Shown: positions 27,052 through 36,526, counted from the stretch's first letter. The stretch is 64,000 bases of DNA from Caldilineales bacterium (GCA_025055015.1 JANWYQ010000007.1:1440-65439); one strand, 5' to 3'. The notes: generated by a model not told the origin, from the sequence alone. Numbers and translations are program-made.

Positions 27052-27079
27052 TTGACGAAAAATAAACTTATGGTAAAAT
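27052..27079 (+). promoter_or_regulatory. sigma70-type promoter of the LysM gene
   Basis: TTGACG-16 nt-TAAAAT, 54 nt upstream of the ATG. Confidence 0.65.
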
Positions 27080-27132
27080 AGCGGCAGACGCCTGCAACTT
27101 TTCCGGCTTGAAAACAGACAAGGAGTCCGCTC

Positions 27133-27894
27133 ATGAAACGACCCGCACTCATCGGCCTGCTGCTGGCGCTGGCGATCCTGGTGGCGCCGATGGCGCTGTT
27201 GGCTCAGCCGGCCGAGGCCGGCAGCGCCGGCGGCAGCCACTGCGTATACCACACGGTGCAGCGCGGCCAGACCCTTTCCGGCATCGCCCGTTACTATGGG
27301 GTGAACATGTGGACGCTGGCGCGGCAGAACGGCATCCACAACCCCAATCGAATCTACGTGGGCCAGCGGCTGTTGATCTACTGCCGGCCGGCCCCTCCGC
27401 CGCAGAAGCCCGTCCCGCCCATCCAGCCGCCCCCCTGCCACCCCCTGCCGCCGGGACATCCTCCCTGCCCGCCTATCTATCCGCCTGGACCGCCGCCACC
27501 GCCGCCGCCACCACCCTGCGCCATCATGCCGCAGCTGGGCTTTGGCCGCGTCTGGAGCACCTACCCGGCGGTGCGCCATGCGCTGGGCTGCCCTCTGGCG
27601 GCGGAGCAGGGGATGAACGGGTGGGAGCAGAGCTTTGCCGGGGGCTATGCGCTGGCGGACCTGAACACCCGAGTGATGTACCTGTTGTACGACAACGGTC
27701 GGTGGACGGCCACCGCCACCAACTTCGACCCCAACGCGCCGTCGCCGTGGCTGGTGCCGCCGCCCAGCGGCCACTACGTGCCGCGGCCGGTGTCGGCCTC
27801 GTTCCAGCAGTTCCAGGGCGGCACCATGCTGTGGAGCGGCAGCCGGGGCATCTTCGTCCTGTACCCCAATGGGACGTTTCAGCGGTACAACTGA
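27133..27894 (+). CDS. secreted LysM-domain protein with Pro-rich linker
   Basis: Signal peptide 'LIGLLLALAILVAPMALLAQPAEA'. LysM 'YHTVQRGQTLSGIARYYGVNMWTLARQNGIHNPNRIYVGQRLLI'. AAGGAG SD. Promoter and terminator flank it. Confidence 0.75.
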   Translation: MKRPALIGLLLALAILVAPMALLAQPAEAGSAGGSHCVYHTVQRGQTLSGIARYYGVNMWTLARQNGIHNPNRIYVGQRLLIYCRPAPPPQKPVPPIQPPPCHPLPPGHPPCPPIYPPGPPPPPPPPPCAIMPQLGFGRVWSTYPAVRHALGCPLAAEQGMNGWEQSFAGGYALADLNTRVMYLLYDNGRWTATATNFDPNAPSPWLVPPPSGHYVPRPVSASFQQFQGGTMLWSGSRGIFVLYPNGTFQRYN

Positions 27895-27915
27895 GCGCAG
27901 TGGGTGAGCGCTAGA

Positions 27916-27950
27916 GGAGCCCGGCGGCTGAGGCCGTCGGGCTCTTTTGT
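27916..27950 (+). terminator. intrinsic terminator after the LysM gene
   Basis: GAGCCCGGCGG-(6 nt)-CCGTCGGGCTC followed by TTTTGTT. Confidence 0.8.
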
Positions 27951-28227
27951 TGGAGGCCGTCGCACGGCAGGACCAGGAGCGACGGGGGGCGCGCCGGCTC
28001 ATGGCGGGCCCATGGAAACACCGGCGACAGGCGGGCTAGCGCAAGCGGGTAGGTCGGGCCGGCGGGGCCAGGGCGGGCAACGGCCACGGCGCCCCAGGCA
28101 ACGCCGGAGCGCCGCGGTTTCGTTGCGCATGGGTTCTATGCTATAATCTCAGCAGCCGTTGGCGAGCAGGCCGGCTTGATCGCGGGCGCAGCGCAGGCCG
28201 TCCTGTCAAGCTTCCCGAGGTGTGACC

Positions 28228-28902
28228 ATGTTCTTTGACCCTCTTTACTGTCTGTTTGCCATTCCCGGATTGCTGTTGGCGCTGTGGGCGCAGGCCCAAG
28301 TCAAGGGGGCCTACGCCCGCTACACCCAGGTGCGCAACGCTCGCGGCGTCACCGGCTTACAGGCCGCCGAGTACCTGATGGCTCGGCAGGGCCTGAGCCT
28401 CAACGTCGAGGGCACGCCGGGCCAGCTCACCGACCACTACGACCCCCGCAGCAAGACCATCCGCCTCTCCCAGGGGGTGGCGATGCAGCCGTCGGTGGCG
28501 TCGGTCGCCATCGTGGCCCACGAGCTGGGCCACGCCATGCAGGACAAGACCGGCTACATGCCGCTCAAGCTGCGCGGGGCCCTGGTGCCGGCGGTGCAGC
28601 TCAGCCCCATGGTCTCCTACGCGCTGTTCATGCTGGGCCTCCTGTTCCAGATGCCGAACCTGGTCAACCTGGGCATCCTGGTGTTCGGCTTCAGCGTCCT
28701 GTTCTCCCTGGTCACCCTGCCGGTGGAGTTCGACGCCAGCCGTCGCGCGCTGCGGATGCTGCAGGACAACCAGCTGCTCACCGGCCAGGAGATGGAGGGC
28801 GCGCGCAAGGTGCTGCGCGCGGCAGCGTTGACCTACGTGGCCGCGGCCGTGCAGTCGTTGATGACGCTGTTGTACCTGCTGAGCCGCGCGCGGCGCAGCT
28901 GA
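28228..28902 (+). CDS. YugP-like membrane zinc metallopeptidase
   Basis: 'MFFDPLY' N-terminus, 'VAHELGHAMQ' HExxH motif, C-terminal TM segments. The GTG at 28222 is an alternative start. Confidence 0.75.
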   Translation: MFFDPLYCLFAIPGLLLALWAQAQVKGAYARYTQVRNARGVTGLQAAEYLMARQGLSLNVEGTPGQLTDHYDPRSKTIRLSQGVAMQPSVASVAIVAHELGHAMQDKTGYMPLKLRGALVPAVQLSPMVSYALFMLGLLFQMPNLVNLGILVFGFSVLFSLVTLPVEFDASRRALRMLQDNQLLTGQEMEGARKVLRAAALTYVAAAVQSLMTLLYLLSRARRS

Positions 28903-28960
28903 GGCGCGTCCAGCAACCCTTGTCTATGATCGTCGTCGTCGTGTGCGTGAGGATTGAGGC

Positions 28961-30262
28961 ATGAGCTCCAACCGTGGACCTGTCGTCGTGTTCGTCGCCA
29001 TGTTTGCGGCGATCTTCCTTTGCCTGTGCGCAGTGGCTGCCGGCGCCTTGGCCTTCCGCCTGACCCAGGACCGCGCTCCGGCCATCGAGCTGCCGTCGCT
29101 GCTGCCCACTCCTGCGCTGCAGCCGCGGCTTCAGCCGGCCACGCCGGCGGCCAGGCCGACGCGCACGCCTGCCGCGGCGCCGACTGCGCCGGCCCCCGTC
29201 ACCATCACCATCCCGCCTGGCGCCGACGTGGAGTCTGAGATCCTGCGCGCGGTCTACAAGAAGGTGAACCCGTCGGTGGTGAAGGTGGTCAACCTGGACG
29301 TGGTGGAGATGGGCGACACCACCGGCGAGCTCCCCCAGGGCCAGGGCTCCGGCTTCGTGTGGGACACCGAGGGTCACATCGTGACCAACGCGCATGTGGT
29401 GGAGGGCGCTCGTCGGGTGCAGGTGGTGTTCTACGACGACGTGACGGTCACGGGCGAGGTGATCGGCAGCGATCCCAACAGCGACTTGGCGGTGATCGAG
29501 ATTGACCCCACCGGGCTGAACCTGGTGCCGGTGGAGCGCGGCAACATAGACGAGGTACAAGTGGGGGATCGCGCCATCGCCATCGGCGCGCCCTTCGACT
29601 TCGCCGGCTCCATGACCAGCGGCATCGTCAGCGGCCTGGGCCGCAGCATCCGCTCCCTGAACGTCAACTTCACCATCCCCGAGGTGATCCAGACCGACGC
29701 GCCCATCAACCCAGGCAACTCTGGCGGGCCCCTGCTGGACGGCCAGGGGCGGGTCATCGGCGTCAACGCGCAGATCCGCACCGAGGGCAACGTGCGCGCC
29801 AACTCCGGCGTGGGCTTCGCCATCCCCATCTACATCGTGGAGCGGGTGGTGCCGGCGCTGATCGAGAACGGCCGCTACGACCATCCCTTCATCGGCATCT
29901 CGGGCCAAACCTACTCGCCGGAGTGGGCCGAGGCGCTGGGCTTTCCGCCGGACGCGCGCGGGGCCTACGTGATCGAGGTGCTGGCGGGCCAGCCGGCGGA
30001 GCGGGCCGGCCTGCGGGGGGCCACGCGGGACACCAACGTGGTGGTGGGCGTGAACCCCCTGACGGGCGAGCCGACCTACCTGCGCGCCGGCGGCGACCTG
30101 ATCATCGGCATCAACGATCAGCCGGTGCGGCGCTTCGACGACCTGCTGATCTACCTGTTCCGCTACGCCTCGCCGGGCGACACGGTGCAGCTGCGCGTGT
30201 TGCGCGCCGACGGCAGCGAGGAGGTCATTCCGCTGACGTTGGGGGTGCGGCCCACCCGTTGA
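28961..30262 (+). CDS. HtrA/DegP-family S1C serine protease with PDZ domain
   Basis: 'GSGFVWDTEGHIVTNAHVV', 'DLAVI', 'TDAPINPGNSGGPLLD' catalytic triad context. C-terminal PDZ 'GAYVIEVLAGQPAERAGL'. Confidence 0.85.
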   Translation: MSSNRGPVVVFVAMFAAIFLCLCAVAAGALAFRLTQDRAPAIELPSLLPTPALQPRLQPATPAARPTRTPAAAPTAPAPVTITIPPGADVESEILRAVYKKVNPSVVKVVNLDVVEMGDTTGELPQGQGSGFVWDTEGHIVTNAHVVEGARRVQVVFYDDVTVTGEVIGSDPNSDLAVIEIDPTGLNLVPVERGNIDEVQVGDRAIAIGAPFDFAGSMTSGIVSGLGRSIRSLNVNFTIPEVIQTDAPINPGNSGGPLLDGQGRVIGVNAQIRTEGNVRANSGVGFAIPIYIVERVVPALIENGRYDHPFIGISGQTYSPEWAEALGFPPDARGAYVIEVLAGQPAERAGLRGATRDTNVVVGVNPLTGEPTYLRAGGDLIIGINDQPVRRFDDLLIYLFRYASPGDTVQLRVLRADGSEEVIPLTLGVRPTR

Positions 30263-30327
30263 GGCAGGCCGCCGCAAGGGCGCAGCCCCGCCGGCCGTGC
30301 CTCGGCCAGCCCCACCTCGTTGGGAAC

Positions 30328-30371
30328 AAAAAAACGAGCAGCCCCCTGGGAGCGATCCAGGGGGCTGCTCG
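30328..30371 (-). terminator. intrinsic terminator after the tatA/Trm112-like operon
   Basis: 14-bp perfect stem GAGCAGCCCCCTGG/CCAGGGGGCTGCTC, followed on the minus strand by GTTTTTTTG. Confidence 0.8.
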
Positions 30372-30388
30372 CGCGGGAGGGCTAGCAG

Positions 30389-30751
30389 TTAGGCGGCTGC
30401 TGCCTCGATCAGGCTGGTGTCCTGGTACTTGCGGCCCTCTTCCACCAGCATCACCGGAATGCCGCGGCGGATGGGATAGCGATAGCCGTTGCGGGGGTTG
30501 ATCAACCATTTGCCGTCCTCGGAAAGCTTGAGGGGGCCGCGGTCCAGCGGGCAGACCAGGATCTTCAGGAGCTCCGGGTCCAGCGCGCCGCCGAGCTCGC
30601 TTTCGTCGAGGCTCTTGTCGGCCGGGGGAGGCGCCTTCTCCTCCACGGGCGGAGGCACCGGCGCCGACTTCTCCTCCAGCAACTTCTTCACCACCAAGCC
30701 GACCAATACCAGCGCTGCGACAGCCGCCAGCAGCTTGAACAGTGTTTTCAT
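30389..30751 (-). CDS. Trm112-like domain protein with N-terminal membrane anchor
   Basis: 'LLKILVCPLDRGPLKLSEDGKWLINPRNGYRYPIRRGIPVMLVEE' resembles the Trm112/DUF343 fold. N-terminal TM helix. Confidence 0.55.
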   Translation of the reverse strand: MKTLFKLLAAVAALVLVGLVVKKLLEEKSAPVPPPVEEKAPPPADKSLDESELGGALDPELLKILVCPLDRGPLKLSEDGKWLINPRNGYRYPIRRGIPVMLVEEGRKYQDTSLIEAAAA

Positions 30752-30782
30752 AGGATCTCCTTGTGCCGGCGAGGGTCAGTCC

Positions 30783-30974
30783 TTAGCCCTGCGAAGCCGG
30801 CTTGTCGGGCTGTTCGGCCGCAGGTTTGTCTTCGTCTTGCACTGCCTTCCGGAACTCGCGAATACCTCGGCCCAGGGAGCCGCCGATGTCGGCCAGCTTG
30901 CTGGCGCCGAAGAGCAACAGGATGATCAACACGATCAACAGCAGTTCCGTTGGGCCCAGTCCACCGATGCGCAT
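30783..30974 (-). CDS. tatA: twin-arginine translocase TatA/E
   Basis: 'GGLGPTELLLIVLIILLLFGASKLADIGGSLGRGIREFRKA' is the canonical TatA TM plus amphipathic helix. Confidence 0.85.
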   Translation of the reverse strand: MRIGGLGPTELLLIVLIILLLFGASKLADIGGSLGRGIREFRKAVQDEDKPAAEQPDKPASQG

Positions 30975-31062
30975 GGTGTTGTCCTCCGTCCTCTGGCGTG
31001 AGAAGCCGCTGCCAACGCAGGGGCTGTAAACATCTGCCTTGTGAGGCTAGTTGCCTGATGGC

Positions 31063-31091
31063 ATCATACTCTCTCCGGGCCCAACTGTCAA
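31063..31091 (-). promoter_or_regulatory. sigma70-type promoter of tatA
   Basis: On the minus strand: TTGACA-17 nt-TATGAT. Confidence 0.7.
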
Positions 31092-31177
31092 GCCTCCGCC
31101 GCAACGCGCCCGCGCCCACAGGTCTGAGCCGGCGCAGGCCCACCGAACGGGCACGGGCCAGGAAAGGACGCCGGGGA

Positions 31178-31906
31178 TCAAATCCCAAAAGGCCCCAGAT
31201 ACTCCTCCGGCGTCCACGCCTCCGGCAGCGGGCTGAGGTGACCGTTGCCGGAGGTGTGCAGGCTGCGCAGCTCGGCGATCTCCCGCTCCAGCACCTTAAT
31301 GCGCTCGGCGAAGGCGCGCAGCGCCTCGGCGGTGGCGTCGGGCAGGACGTGGTGTTGCAGGTCGCGGTCGGGGTCGGGCGGCTGCAGCGCGCCGTCGCGA
31401 TGGCGAACCCGCCCCGGCACCCCCACTACCACGGAGTTGGGCGGGACGTCCTTGACCACCACCGAGTTGGCGCCGATGCGGGTGTGGTCGCCCACGGTGA
31501 TGGGGCCCAGCACCTTGGCGCCGGCGCCGATCACCACCGAGTCGCCGATGGTGGGATGGCGCTTGCCCTTCTGCCAGCTCACCCCGCCCAGGGTGACGCC
31601 GTGGTAGAGCGTGACGTTGGCGCCGACCTCCGCAGTCTCGCCGATCACCACCCCCATGCCGTGGTCAATAAAGAACCCCGGGCCGATTCGGGCGCCGGGG
31701 TGGATCTCGATGCCGGTGAGGAAGCGCACCAGGTGCGACAGCCAGCGGGCCAGCAGCTTAAGGCGATGGGTCCACAGCCAGTGCGCCACCCGATGGAACC
31801 AGATGGCGTGGAGCCCGGGGTAACACAAGAGCACCTCCAGGGTGGTGCGCGCGGCCGGGTCGCGATCGAAAACGGCTTGTATGTCGCGACGGAGAGTGGT
31901 GAACAT
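31178..31906 (-). CDS. cysE: serine O-acetyltransferase
   Basis: '[30 protein letters not shown]' and hexapeptide repeats '[31 protein letters not shown]'. ATG at 31906. Confidence 0.85.
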   Translation of the reverse strand: MFTTLRRDIQAVFDRDPAARTTLEVLLCYPGLHAIWFHRVAHWLWTHRLKLLARWLSHLVRFLTGIEIHPGARIGPGFFIDHGMGVVIGETAEVGANVTLYHGVTLGGVSWQKGKRHPTIGDSVVIGAGAKVLGPITVGDHTRIGANSVVVKDVPPNSVVVGVPGRVRHRDGALQPPDPDRDLQHHVLPDATAEALRAFAERIKVLEREIAELRSLHTSGNGHLSPLPEAWTPEEYLGPFGI

Positions 31907-32013
31907 AGCTTCTTCCTCACGCGGCCAGTGGAGCGACGCCGCGCGACGGCAGCGATCCACTGGGCCTTGCTGTGTTGTTGCCGGCTGGCGGCTAAACACG
32001 CTCGTAACTGCTC

Positions 32014-32075
32014 AGGCGCCGGGCACTTGCAACCGAATTGCGGCCTGCGTCGTCTTGCTCAAGTGCCCGGCGCCT
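32014..32075. other. 16-bp perfect long-stem hairpin between the carbonic anhydrase gene and cysE
   Basis: AGGCGCCGGGCACTTG ...30 nt... CAAGTGCCCGGCGCCT. Confidence 0.6.
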
Positions 32076-32087
32076 CTGGCAGGGTGT

Positions 32088-32588
32088 TTACACGCGCGCG
32101 ACTTCGGTCAACCGGCCGCTGCGCACATCGTAGATCGCGCCCACGATGGTGACGTCGGCAGGGATCAGCGGCGACGAGCGCAAGATGTTGAGGTCGTCGC
32201 GGACGCTTTGCTCCAGATCGGTGAAGGGGAGAAAGTCGCGGTCCCCAACGTCTACGCCCAGCTCAGCCTTGATCTTGGCCGCCAACTGCTCGTTGGTGAA
32301 GTGCGCCATGCCGCAGTCGGTGTGGTGGATGACCACGATCTCGTTGGTGCCCAGCAGGCGCTGCGAGATGACCAGGGACCGGATGGCATCGTCGGAGGCG
32401 CGGCCGCCCGCGTTGCGAATCATGTGGGCGTCGCCCACGGCTAGGCCCAGAAAACTCTCCGGATGCAAGCGGGCATCCATGCAGGTCAGCACAGCCACGC
32501 GTCTCTTGGGCGGCGAAGCGAGATGTCCTTGGTCGAAGCCCTCGGCATAGCGGGCATTCGCTTGCATAAGTTCGTCGAAAACTGCCAT
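32088..32588 (-). CDS. beta-class carbonic anhydrase
   Basis: 'VAVLTCMDARL' and 'VVIHHTDCGM' zinc-ligand motifs. ATG at 32588. Confidence 0.8.
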   Translation of the reverse strand: MAVFDELMQANARYAEGFDQGHLASPPKRRVAVLTCMDARLHPESFLGLAVGDAHMIRNAGGRASDDAIRSLVISQRLLGTNEIVVIHHTDCGMAHFTNEQLAAKIKAELGVDVGDRDFLPFTDLEQSVRDDLNILRSSPLIPADVTIVGAIYDVRSGRLTEVARV

Positions 32589-32754
32589 AGGTATGTTCCT
32601 TTCGTGCGTAGATTGATTTGATCGCTCGGGCCGGTCTTGCAACCGAGCCCACCCAGTAGTGACATGGTCAGAAGACCCGCCACGGCAATTCCCGAAGTGG
32701 GCCGACGGAGCCCCGTCGTGGCGCGGTCAGGAGACCGGCCACAGCAAATACGCC

Positions 32755-33693
<939 letters not shown>

Positions 33694-33709
33694 GAGGGGC
33701 GCCTCACTC

Positions 33710-34672
33710 TCATCCAAACAGCCCCAGGCTCAGATACTTGGTGCCGCTGTCCGGCAGCACGGTGACCACCACGCCGTGGCTGAGCTCACGGGCCACCTGT
33801 GCAGCGGCGTGGACGGCGGCGGCAGCGCTGAAGCCCACCAGCAGGCCGGCGGCGCGGGCCAGCCGGCGGGCCATCGCCCAGGCGTCCCCCGCCTCCACCG
33901 GCAAGTGGCGATCGGCCAGCGCGGGGTCGTAGATGCCGGGCACGATGGAGGTGGCCATGTGCTTGAGCCCCTCGATCACCTGCAGCTCGTCGGCCGGCTG
34001 AACGGCGATGAGCTGGATGGCGGGGTTGACCTCCTTCAGCCGCCGGCCGACGCCCATGAAGGTGCCGGTGGTGCCCAGGCCGGCCACGAAGTGCGTCACC
34101 CGGCCGTTGGTCTGGCAGAGGATCTCCGGGCCGGTGCCGTCGTAGTGGGCGCGCCAGTTGCTGTCGTTGTTGTACTGGTCGGGGTAGAAGTAAGCCTCGG
34201 GCTCGGCGGCCACGATCTGGCGCACCAGGCGGATGGCGCCGTCGGTGCCCTCCAGGGGGTCGCTCTCGATGACGTGCGCGCCGTAGGCCTTGGCCAGCGC
34301 CTTGCGCTCCACGGTCACGTTGGCCGGCATCACCAGGTGCACGGCGTAGCCCTTGGCCGCGCCGATCAGGGCGTAGCCGATGCCGGTGTTGCCACTGGTG
34401 GCGTCAATGATGATCTGGCCGGGGCGCAGACGGCCGCTGCGTTCCGCGTCCTCGATCATGCGCAGGGCCGCGCGGTCCTTCACCGAGCCGCCGGGGTTGA
34501 ACCACTCAGCCTTGGCGTACAGCTCCACGCCCGGCTTGTCCACCAGAAAGCTCAGGTCCAGCAGCGGGGTGTTGCCGATCTGCTCCAGGATCGAGGCCGG
34601 CCGATAAGGCCGCTCCGGCGCCACGGCCCAGACGATGTCAGGACTACGGGTCAAGACCAAGGGTAGGGTCAT
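33710..34672 (-). CDS. cysM: CysM-type cysteine synthase, probably sulfur-carrier (CysO) dependent
   Basis: PLP-enzyme motifs 'IGNTPLLDL', '[12 protein letters not shown]', '[12 protein letters not shown]'. Sits directly downstream of a ThiS-like carrier and its E1. Confidence 0.7.
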   Translation of the reverse strand: MTLPLVLTRSPDIVWAVAPERPYRPASILEQIGNTPLLDLSFLVDKPGVELYAKAEWFNPGGSVKDRAALRMIEDAERSGRLRPGQIIIDATSGNTGIGYALIGAAKGYAVHLVMPANVTVERKALAKAYGAHVIESDPLEGTDGAIRLVRQIVAAEPEAYFYPDQYNNDSNWRAHYDGTGPEILCQTNGRVTHFVAGLGTTGTFMGVGRRLKEVNPAIQLIAVQPADELQVIEGLKHMATSIVPGIYDPALADRHLPVEAGDAWAMARRLARAAGLLVGFSAAAAVHAAAQVARELSHGVVVTVLPDSGTKYLSLGLFG

Positions 34673-34708
34673 GGTGCGACCTCCGTCAACCTCCTCCACC
34701 GCCTCTCC

Positions 34709-35929
34709 TCACTCCCGCGCCGGCATGCCGCAGAACTGCTCGTAGTCAATCAGCTGCGTCACGGTCGGGTTCTCGCCGCACAGGGGGCAGGCCGGGTTAC
34801 GACGCACGGTCAGCGTGCGGAAGCTCATGTCCATGGCGTCGAACATCAACATGCGGCCGATCAGCGGCTGGCCCTTGCGCAGGATCAGCTTGATGGCCTC
34901 CACCGCCTGGATGGAGCCTACGATGCCGGGCAGCACGCCCAGCACGCCGGCCTCGGCGCAGCTGGGCACCTCGCCGGGCGGCGGCGGGTCGGGGTAGAGG
35001 CAGCGATAGCAGGGCCCGGCCTCGATGCCTTCCTCCGGCGCGCCGGGGTGGTACACCGTCACCTGGCCCTCGAACATGAAGATGCTGGCGTCCACCAGCG
35101 GCTTGCGCAGCAGGTGGCAGGCATCGTTGATCAGGTAGCGGGTGGGGAAGTTGTCCGAGCCGTTGAGCACGATGTCGTAGTCGCGGATGATCTCCAGGGC
35201 GTTGGCGCTGGTGATGGGCTCGTTGTAGGGGCGAACCGTCACGTCGGGGTTCAGGTCGCGCAGGCGAGCCGCCGCGGACTCCACCTTGGGCTTGCCCAGC
35301 CAGCTCTCGCCGTGCAACACCTGGCGCTGCAGGTTGCTCAGGTCCACCGTGTCGTAGTCCACGATGCCCAGGGTGCCCACGCCGGCCGCGGCCAGGTAGA
35401 GCGCCGCCGGGGAGCCCAGGCCACCGGCGCCGATGAGCAGCACCTTGGCGTCCAGCAGCTTGATCTGCCCCTCTTCGCCCACGTCGGGCAGCAGGAGGTG
35501 GCGGCTGTAGCGCGCCTGCTGCTCCGGCGTCAGGATGCGCGGCACGGTGATGGGGTAGTCGGCGTCCAGCCAGCCGTTGAAGCCGCCGCTCAGGGACTCC
35601 ACCTGGGTATAGCCCATCTCCCGCAGGTTGCGCGCCGCCAGCAGGGAGCGCACGCCGCCGGCGCAGTAGAGCACGATGGGCGTGTCGGGGTCGTAGGCGT
35701 GTTGCTCGATGCGCAGCTCCAAGAAGCCGCGCGGGATGAAGATCGCGCCGGGGATGTGTCCCTGTTCGTACTCCTCCCGCTCGCGAATGTCAATCACCAA
35801 GGGCGCGGTGCCGTTGCGCAGCCGCTGGTACAGCGCCCGGGCGGTCGTCTCAGGCACCTGGCTGCGGGCCAGGGCCAGCAGCTGATCGCGGTTCAGACGG
35901 GTCATGGCGGTGTGCTCCAAACGTGACAT
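34709..35929 (-). CDS. moeZ: MoeZ/ThiF-type sulfur-carrier adenylyltransferase with N-terminal rhodanese domain
   Basis: Rhodanese 'VIDIREREEYEQGHIPGAIFIP...LYCAGGVRS'. ThiF 'YSRHLLLPDVGEEGQIKLLDAKVLLIGAGGLGSPAALYLAAAGVG...DLSNLQRQ'. Zn motifs 'CYRC' and 'CPLCG'. The TAATG junction overlaps the cysO stop by 1 nt. Confidence 0.8.
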   Translation of the reverse strand: MSRLEHTAMTRLNRDQLLALARSQVPETTARALYQRLRNGTAPLVIDIREREEYEQGHIPGAIFIPRGFLELRIEQHAYDPDTPIVLYCAGGVRSLLAARNLREMGYTQVESLSGGFNGWLDADYPITVPRILTPEQQARYSRHLLLPDVGEEGQIKLLDAKVLLIGAGGLGSPAALYLAAAGVGTLGIVDYDTVDLSNLQRQVLHGESWLGKPKVESAAARLRDLNPDVTVRPYNEPITSANALEIIRDYDIVLNGSDNFPTRYLINDACHLLRKPLVDASIFMFEGQVTVYHPGAPEEGIEAGPCYRCLYPDPPPPGEVPSCAEAGVLGVLPGIVGSIQAVEAIKLILRKGQPLIGRMLMFDAMDMSFRTLTVRRNPACPLCGENPTVTQLIDYEQFCGMPARE

Positions 35930-36204
35930 TACCGTCCCCCGGCCATGGCCGGCACGATGGACACCTGGTCCTTGGCGGCCACGGGGGTGTTGAGGCCCTG
36001 CAGCGTGCGAATCTCCTCGCTGTTGACGAAGATGTTGATGAAGCGCTTGACCTGGCCATCGCCGTCCAGCAGGCGCTCCCCGATGCCGGGGTAGGCGGCC
36101 TCCAGGTTGGCCAGCAGCTGGCCCACGGTCTCGCCGGGGATCTCCACTTTCGAGTGGTTCGCGGTCAGACGGCGAAGAGGGGTCGGGATCAGAATGGTCG
36201 CCAT
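35929..36204 (-). CDS. cysO: ThiS/MoaD/CysO-family sulfur carrier protein ending in ...AMAGGR
   Basis: 91 aa beta-grasp-like: 'ILIPTPLRRLT...VEIPGETVGQLL...FINIFVNSE...VSIVPAMAGG' plus one extra Arg. Strong SD (AAGGAG). Confidence 0.7.
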   Translation of the reverse strand: MATILIPTPLRRLTANHSKVEIPGETVGQLLANLEAAYPGIGERLLDGDGQVKRFINIFVNSEEIRTLQGLNTPVAAKDQVSIVPAMAGGR

Positions 36205-36232
36205 ACGAGCTCCTTTCCTTTCGTTGCCGATG

Positions 36233-36273
36233 AAATAAAAAAGCTCATCGCAGCGGTCAACCGTGCGATGAGC
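36233..36273 (-). terminator. intrinsic terminator inside the cysO leader
   Basis: On the minus strand: GCTCATCGCA-(11 nt loop)-TGCGATGAGC followed by TTTTTTATTT. It ends 28 nt before the cysO start codon. Confidence 0.7.
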
Positions 36274-36380
36274 TCATGGTGTCGTAGACGGCTCGGCGCC
36301 AAGACCGAAAAGGGTGGCCGGGCGCCGGTCAGCTATGAAGTTGTTGCCAAAAGCACTGCTTCCTGAGGTCTCATCGCACG
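36262..36380 (-). promoter_or_regulatory. putative antiterminator helix of the cysO leader
   Basis: 36370-36380 is perfectly complementary (11 bp) to 36262-36272, which is also the 5' arm of the terminator stem. The two helices are mutually exclusive. Confidence 0.5.
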
Positions 36381-36426
36381 CGTGTCGAGAGGCGAGAGCC
36401 ACCGGCACACGTGGCCGGCGCTCCCG

Positions 36427-36468
36427 CTACAGACAGATGCAGGTGCAGACCGAGACGACAGGAAGCAT
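36427..36468 (-). CDS. candidate leader mini-ORF MLPVVSVCTCICL (speculative)
   Basis: ATG...TAG, 13 codons, with 3 Cys codons among the last 6. No clear SD. Lies in the cysO leader upstream of alternative helices. Confidence 0.2.
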   Translation of the reverse strand: MLPVVSVCTCICL

Positions 36469-36526
36469 AGATCACAACAAACCTGAACGAAGTGTCCTCT
36501 AGTGCTTTTGCACTATTGGCCCAAGT

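Noticed and set aside
26911-28002. N-terminal ~360 codons of the 672-aa ORF 25984-28002
   Set aside because: This part runs antisense through the LysM gene and across a promoter region. A lipoprotein signal peptide begins at the internal ATG at 26910.
27904-28146. 80-aa Arg/Gly-rich ORF between the LysM gene and the Zn-peptidase gene
   Set aside because: No SD, extreme composition, and it overlaps the LysM terminator. It is likely non-coding.
36308-36324. T-box-like sequence AAAAGGGTGGCCGGGCG
   Set aside because: It lies on the plus strand, antisense to the cysO leader. No specifier stem, terminator or downstream plus-strand gene is present, so it is probably a chance match in GC-rich DNA.
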